A stretch of DNA of 64,000 bases, from positions 930,001 through 994,000 of the forward strand of contig NW_027361792.1 in the NCBI RefSeq assembly GCF_039654945.1. Direction: 5' to 3'. This DNA comes from Dendrobates tinctorius. Its lineage: Eukaryota. Positions 57,040 to 64,000 of this stretch are shown piece by piece. The notes below the pieces were generated by a model. That model did no database searches. It saw nothing but the letters and a program-made list of their open reading frames with translations, and was not told the DNA's origin. How positions within the stretch are numbered: position 1 is the stretch's first letter; the number at the start of each line of letters is the position of its first letter. The position numbers and the translations under genes were made by a program.

Positions 57040-60000
57040 TGATACACCATGGTATATTCTCCTTCATGCTGCCATGTCCTGATCCATCTGCTTTCATCCA
57101 CAGGTATATCTGCTGAACCCGCTTCAGAATACCCACTGCACCCCTGAACCCTCATGCATTCCTCACCCTCTGTTTTTAATTGGTATGCCTGTACTCTGTT
57201 TTTTCCCCTGACTTTAATTCCATGTATCATACTTCAAATTGACTGTATGCATATTAATATACCCATGCTCCTCACACCTAGACTTATCTGTCCATCTTAT
57301 CCTACCTCTTTCTTCAACTTTGATGCTAGGCAAATGTCCCATTAACTGCAATCTGTTAATTCCTCCCTCCTGTGAACTGTCCTCCAGCCCCTTCTCCTCC
57401 TCCCTCCCGCCCTCACCTGGCTTCATTTCATGGCCATTTGAATGGTATAAGTTGAAGAGAGCAGGTCAGATATGACCTTGGTCAGACGTGACATCATTTA
57501 AAGTGATACATGAGAAATATTACCAGACTGATACACCAGAAATCGGTCAGACGGTAAGACAAACCACTGCTTTCTTCCTTTACGTGTTTTTTTTTTTTTT
57601 ACCCTCCTCTTTAACCATGCTCACACTTGCTATCCCCAAGCCCTTACACCGTCGAAACAAATAACTATCTCCCCTCTCTCTTATCCCCCACCTCACTTTA
57701 TCTGCAGACATGCTCCTTAACCTCAGACCTCTCCTACTAAAATACAATACAAGACGATCACTCTCCTTCACCCACCTGCTTTCCCTTTCTCTGTTTCTTC
57801 TCACTGCTGGTGACATATCCCCCAATCTTGGCCCCCCCTGCCTCATACATCCCACTAATCCTCACCCCTATCTTTCTCACACGAAGAGAAACTACTGCAA
57901 TCCCTCACACTTAAAACCCGTGCCACTTACCCCCTCCCTCCCGCACCCTCTTTCTGGAGCACTTTGGAATGCTCGCTCCATCTGCAACAAGCTCCACGTG
58001 ATCCACGACATCTTTACCTCCCGCAACCTTTCCTTCCTGGCCCTCACTGAGACCTGGCTGACACCCCCTGACACGTCCTCCCCGGCCGCACTGCGTTATG
58101 GCGGCCTCCACTTTACCCACACTCCTTGCCCTGGCAACAGACATGGTGGAGAAGTGGGTTTCCTCCTTTCTAAAAAGTGCTCCTTCAACCCTATCCAACC
58201 CCCACCCTCCCTTATCCTCCCTTCTTTCGAGGTTCACTCTGTCCGTATCTACTCTCCCTCTAATCTCCAAAAGGCTATCATATACCGACCACCGGGCTCA
58301 GCTACTACCTTCATCGACCAATTTTCCACCTGGCTCCTCCACTTTCTCTCTGCTGACATCCCCACCATCATCATGGTGAACCTCAACATCCCCATTGACA
58401 TCCACCAGCCAGCAGCCTCCAAACTCCTGTCACTTAACCCATCCTTTGGACTTACTCAGTGGTCCTCCACAGCCACCCACTCAGATGGACATACATTAGA
58501 CCTCATCTTCACCTGCCTCTGTTCCCTATCTAATCTTACAACCTCTCCCTTCCCCCTATCTGACCACCATCTACTCACCTTCTCATCCTTGTCCTTCTCA
58601 CCTGCCCCCATGTCCAGCCACTAGCACATCCTTGCAGAAACCTCGCACACCTAGACACTCACAGACTCTCAGACTCTCTTCTACCTCTGTCCTCCATATC
58701 TTCACTCCACAACACAGACAGTGCCACCGCTTTCTACAACGCCACCCTCACATCAGCCACAGACTCAGTCGCTTCTCTCATGCATGGCAAAGTGCGACAA
58801 ACCAATAAGCAACCCTGGCACAACAACCTCACCAAAAATCTTCGACAAGCATCCAGGGTCGCAGAGCGGCATTGGAAGAAAACAAGCCTGCCAGACGACT
58901 TCACTGCTTTCAAACAAGGTACACTTGCCTTTAAATCAGCCCTCACCTCTGCTAAACAGACCTATTCACAAACCTTGTATCTTCACTATCCCACAACCCA
59001 AAACAACTGTTCAGCACATTCAACTCTCTCCTCCGCCCACCACTGCCACATCCAACTCCCCTCATCTCTGCTGAGGACTTTGCCACCTACTTCAAAAACA
59101 AGATTGACCAAACAAGGCAAACCTTTACAGTTCCACCACCCCAACCGCTCCACATATCAGCCCTCTGCCCTTCCCTAATAATCTCCCTCTCCAGCATCAC
59201 TGAAGGAGAGCTTACTCATCTCCTTTCCAAATCACCCCTCACCACCTGTGCACTTGACCCCATCCCTTCCCACCTGCTCCCCAACCTCACTAACATGATC
59301 ATTCCAGCCCTAACCCATCTCTTCAACCTATCCCTAACTTCTGGTACCTTCCCCTCTGCCTTCAAACATGCCACCATAACACCCATCCTCAAAAAATCAA
59401 ACCATGACCCAACTGCTCTGCCCAGCTATCGCCCCATATCACTGCTCCCTTTTGCTTCCAACTCCTTGAACAGCATGTCCATGCTCAACTTTCCTCCCAC
59501 CTCTCATCTAACTCCCTCCTTGACAACCTCCAATCTGGCTTCTGCCCCCACCACTCCACTGAAACTGCCCTGACCAAAATTACTAATGACTTACTCACAG
59601 CCAAAGCTAACACACAATTCTCCATCCTCCTCCTTCTCGACCTGTCCTCTGCTTTGACACAGTTGACCACTGCCTACTGCTACAGATTCTTTCTTCCCTT
59701 GGCATCAAAGACCTTACCCTGTCCTGGATTTCCTCATACCTTTCTGACCGCACATTCAGCGTTTCCCACTCCCACACTACCTCCTCATCCCGCCCCATTC
59801 TCTTTTGGAGTCCCCCAAGGCTCTGTCCTGGGGCCCCTACTTTTTTCCATCTATACTCTTGGCCTAGGACAACTCATAAAGTCCCATGGCTTCCAGTACC
59901 ACCTGTATACAGATGACACTCAGATCTACCTCTCTGGCCCAGATGTCACCTCTCTGCTGTCCAGAATCCCGGAGTGTCTATCAGCCATATCCTCCTTTTT

Positions 60001-61016
60001 CACCTCTCGCTTCCTAAAACTCAACGTAGACAAAACTGAACTCATTATCTTTCCTCCATCTCACGTATCTTCCCTACCCGATCTATCTATTATGGTAAAC
60101 CGCATCACGCTCTCTCCCGCACCTGAAATCCGCTACCTTGGAGTAACTCTCGACTCTGCCCTGTCCTTCAAACCGCATGTCCAATCTCTTCCACCTCCTG
60201 TCACCTCCAACTCAAAAATGTTTCCAGAATCCGTCCCTTCCTCAGTCCTCAATCTACTAAAACTCTTGTACATGCCCTCATCATCTCCCGCCTTGACTAC
60301 TGCAACACGCTCCTCTGTGGCCTCCCTGCTAACTCTCTTGCACCACTCCAGTCTGTCCTCAATTCTGCTGCCCGACTAATCCACCTCTCTCCTCGCTACT
60401 CCCCTGTCTCTCCCCTCTGCAAATCCCTCCATTGGCTCCCAATTCCCCAACGAATCCAGTTCAAACTACTAACACTGACCTACAAAGTCATCCACAACCT
60501 TTCCCCTCCCTATATCTCTGAACTAATCTCCCAATATCTTCCCTCACATAATCTTCGATCCTCCCAAGACCTCCTTCTCTGCTCCACACTTATTCGTTCC
60601 TAACACAACCGCCCCCAAGATTTCTCCCGAATATCCCCTATCCTCTGGAATACCATGCCTCAACACGTTCGATTATCCACCACCCTCGGATCCTTCAAAC
60701 GGAACCTGAAAACCCATCTCTTCAGGAAAACTTACAGCCTGCAATGACCATTCTGCCGCCTCACCACCGCCTGAGCTGCCGCCTCATCACCACCAGAGCT
60801 GCTGTACCCCCGACCTTCTGTCTCTTCCCCACTATACCGTAGAATGTAAGTCCGCAAGGACAGGGTCCTCTCCCCTCTGTACCAGTCTGTCAGTGTAAAT
60901 TTGTTGTGGAAATTTGTTTATTGTTAACGATAGCTATAACTTTGCATGTAACCCCCCCTTCTCATGTACAGCACCATGGAATTAATGGCACTATATAAAT
61001 AAATAATATTATTATT
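57040..61016 (+). mobile_element. Decayed L2-clade LINE (APE endonuclease plus reverse transcriptase, with stops and frameshifts)
   Basis: WNARS...LALTETWL...IYRPP...GHTLDLIF...SDHHL (APE); YRPISLLP, GVPQGSVLGPLLF, YTDDTQIY, YLGVTLD (RT); 3' tail TATATAAATAAATAATATTATTATT; 5' boundary approximate. Confidence 0.93.
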
Positions 61017-61587
61017 AGGCTGATTAGTCATATAAATAGTCGTCCGTGGCCCCCATGGTTGGGGCCCGTGCGCTGTCAGCAGGTGATACTACCACCGCTG
61101 CTCAGGAATGAAGGAAGTCCAGAATGTAAGGCATTCCTGCTCAGGTGACGCGTAGGTTATGGTTTAACCCCTTGTACAGCACTCCGTGGCTGGGATTACT
61201 GCCGCCGCTGACCTGTTTACATTCGGCGGGTTTTTAGCTCTTAGCCGGTTAAACACACTCACAAATCCCTGCAGGAGCTGTAATCCGGATTAACCACTCA
61301 ATCCAGCACAATAAACAAATAAAAGAAGGAACAACTGGATAAAAATAAGGCAGCCACATAGTAACGTACACGGGGCATCATAGTAAAGCATGGTGGATCT
61401 GCTCAGCTCATGCAACACGCATCGCAGTGCGCAATAAAGCAATATGGGGGACCTGTAGTCAGGGGCCTATAGAATGGCACACACTCACCGATCAGCTGCT
61501 CTACGCCTACACAGCCTAGACTAACTGAAGGGTCCTAATTTAAAGGGGTTATTACAATCTAAAAAGGTTTGCCACTACCCCCTGAAT

Positions 61588-63998
61588 CAGGAAGAGTTGG
61601 ATAGAACAGCATGGCACATGTGCCAGGAGGAGTTGGATAGAACGGCATAGGACATGTGCCAGGAGAAGTTGGATAGAACAGCATGGCACATGTGCCAGGA
61701 GGAGTTGGATAGAACGGCATAGGACATGTGCCAGGAGGAGTTGGATAGAACAGCATGGCACATGTGCCAGGAGGAGTTGGATAGAACGCAATGGTACATG
61801 TGCCAGGAAGAGTTGGATAGAAAGGCATGGGACATATGCCAGCAGGAGTTGGATAGAATGCAATGGCACATGTGCCAGGACTAGTTGGCTAGAGCGGCAC
61901 ATGTGCCAGGAAGAGTTGGATAGAACGGCATGGCACATGTGCCAAGAGGAGTTGGCTAGAACGGCATGGCACATGTGTCAAGAGGAGTTGGCTAGAACGG
62001 CATGGCACATGTGCCAAGAGGAGTTGGATAGAAAGGCATGGCATATGTGCCAGGAGGAGTTGAATAGAACGGCATGGGACATGAGCCAGGAGGAGTTGAC
62101 TAGAGCATCACATGCACCAGGAGGAGTTGGATAGAACGCAGTGGCCCATGTGTCAGGAGGAGTTGGATAGAACGCCATGGCACATGTGCCAGGAGGAGTT
62201 GGATAGAACGGCATGGCACATGTGCCAGGAGGAGTTGGCTAGAACGCAATGGCACATGTGCCAGGAAGAGTTGGATAGAACGGCATGGCACATGTGCCAG
62301 GAGGAGTTGGCTAGAACGCAATGGAACATGTGCCAGGAGGTGTTGGATAGAACGCAGTGGCACATGTGCCAGGAGGAGTTGGATAGAACGGCATGAGACA
62401 TGTGCCAGGAGGAATTGGATAGAACGGCATGGGACAAGTGCCAGGAGGAGTTGGATAGAATGCAATGGCACATGTGCCAGGAGGAGTTGGATAGAACGGA
62501 ATGGGACATATGCCAGGAGGAGTTGGATAGAATGCAATGGCACATGTGCCAGGAAGAGTTGGATAGAACGGCATTGGACATATGCCAGGAGGAGATGGAT
62601 AGAACAGCATGGCACATGTGCCAGGAGGAGTTGACTAGAGCGGCACATGTGCCAGGAGGAGTTGGATAGAACAGCATGGGACATATGCCAGGAGGAGTTG
62701 GATAAAACGGCATGGGACATGTGTCAGAAGGAGTTGGATAGAACGGCATGGCACATGTACCAAGAGGAATTGGATAGAACGGCATGGCACATGTGCCAAG
62801 AGGAGTTGGATAGAACAGCATGGCACATGTGTCAAGAGGAGTTGGTTAGAATGGCATGGGACTTGAGCCAGGAGGAGTTGGACAGAATGCAATGGCACAT
62901 GTGCCAGGAGAAGTTGGATAGAACGCAATGGCACATGTGCCAGGAGGAGTTGGATAGAATGGCATGGCACATGTGCCAGGAGGAGTTGGATAGAACGCAA
63001 TGGCACATGTGCCAGGAGGAGTTGGATAGAACGCAATACCACATGTGCCAGGAAAAGTTGGATAGAACGGCATGGCACATGTGCCAGGAGGAGTTGGATA
63101 GAACGCAATGGAACATGTGCCAGGAGGAGTTGGATAGAACGGCATGGGACATATGCCAGGAGGAGTTGGATAGAGCGGCATGAGACATGTGCCAGGAGGA
63201 ATAGGATAGAACGGCATGGGACATGTGCCAGGAGGAGTTGGATAGAATGCAATGGCACATGTGCCAGGAGGAGTTGGATAGAGCGGAATGGGACATATGC
63301 CAGGAGGAGTTGGATAGAACGCAATGGCACATGTGTCAAGAGGAGTTGGATAGAACAGTATGGCACATGTGCCAGGAGGAGTTGACTAGAGTGGCACATG
63401 TGCCAGGAGAAGTTGGATAGAACAGCATGGGACATATGCCAGGAGGAGTTGGATAAAATGGCATGGGACATGTGACAGGAGGAGTTGGATAGAACGGCAT
63501 GGCACATGTGCCAGGAGGAGTTGGATAGAACGGCATGGCACATGTGCCAAGAGGAGTTGGATAGAACGGCATGGCACATGTGCCAGGAGGAGTTGGATAG
63601 AATGGCATGGGACATGTGCCAGGAGGAGATGGATAGAACGCAATGGCACATGTGTCAAGAGGAGTTGGATAGAACAGCATGGCACATGTGTCAGGAGGAG
63701 TTGGATAGAATGGCATGGGACATGTGCCAGGAGGAGTTGGATAGAGTGCAATGGCACATGTGCCAGAAGTTGGATAGAATGCAATGGCACATGTGCCAGG
63801 AGGAGTTGGATAGAATGGCATGGGACATGTGCCAGGAGGAGTTGGATAGAATGCAATGGCACATGTGCCAGGAGAAGTTGGATAGAATGCAATGGCACAA
63901 GTGCCAGGAGGAGTTGGATAGAACGCAATGGCACATGTGGCAGGAGGAGTTGTCTAGAGCGGCACATGTTGCAGGAGGAGTTGAATGGCTTGGCATGA
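61588..63998. repeat. 36 bp minisatellite GGCACATGTGCCAGGAGGAGTTGGATAGAACGGCAT, ~66 copies
   Basis: 12-aa MCQEELDRTAWH periodicity in spurious ORFs; degenerates near the window end. Confidence 0.97.
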
Positions 63999-64000
63999 CG

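Overview
Eukaryotic vertebrate genomic DNA, most likely an anuran (inferred from the T2-type TTAA MITEs, TWA MITEs, L2 and protein similarity to known vertebrate proteins). Three spliced genes are present. MADD is on the minus strand: putative promoter and non-coding exon at ~8.9-9.2 kb, first two coding exons at 1268-1329 and 60-623, continuing off the window. ACP2 (lysosomal acid phosphatase) is complete on the plus strand: 11 coding exons, 23181-30452, 425 aa. DDB2 is complete on the minus strand: 10 coding exons, 40019-36564, 476 aa, tail-to-tail with ACP2. This matches the mammalian DDB2-ACP2-NR1H3-MADD block, except that no NR1H3 (LXR-alpha) exon is recognisable between ACP2 and MADD; that interval holds nested transposons and minisatellites. 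The rest of the window is about ten long minisatellites (21-75 bp units), two related solo LTRs, a deleted Gypsy-like element, a Tc1 relic, a hAT element inside a satellite, several MITEs, a decayed L2 LINE with a 2A-like peptide and one 168-N gap. Nearly all long ORFs in the supplied track are repeat artefacts. I found no clearly novel multi-gene system. The best leads are the NR1H3 loss with a possible orphan divergent exon, an in-frame stop-free ACP2 intron 10, an in-frame alternative first exon and an E-box/D-box module in DDB2, and motif-bearing VNTRs flanking the promoters.
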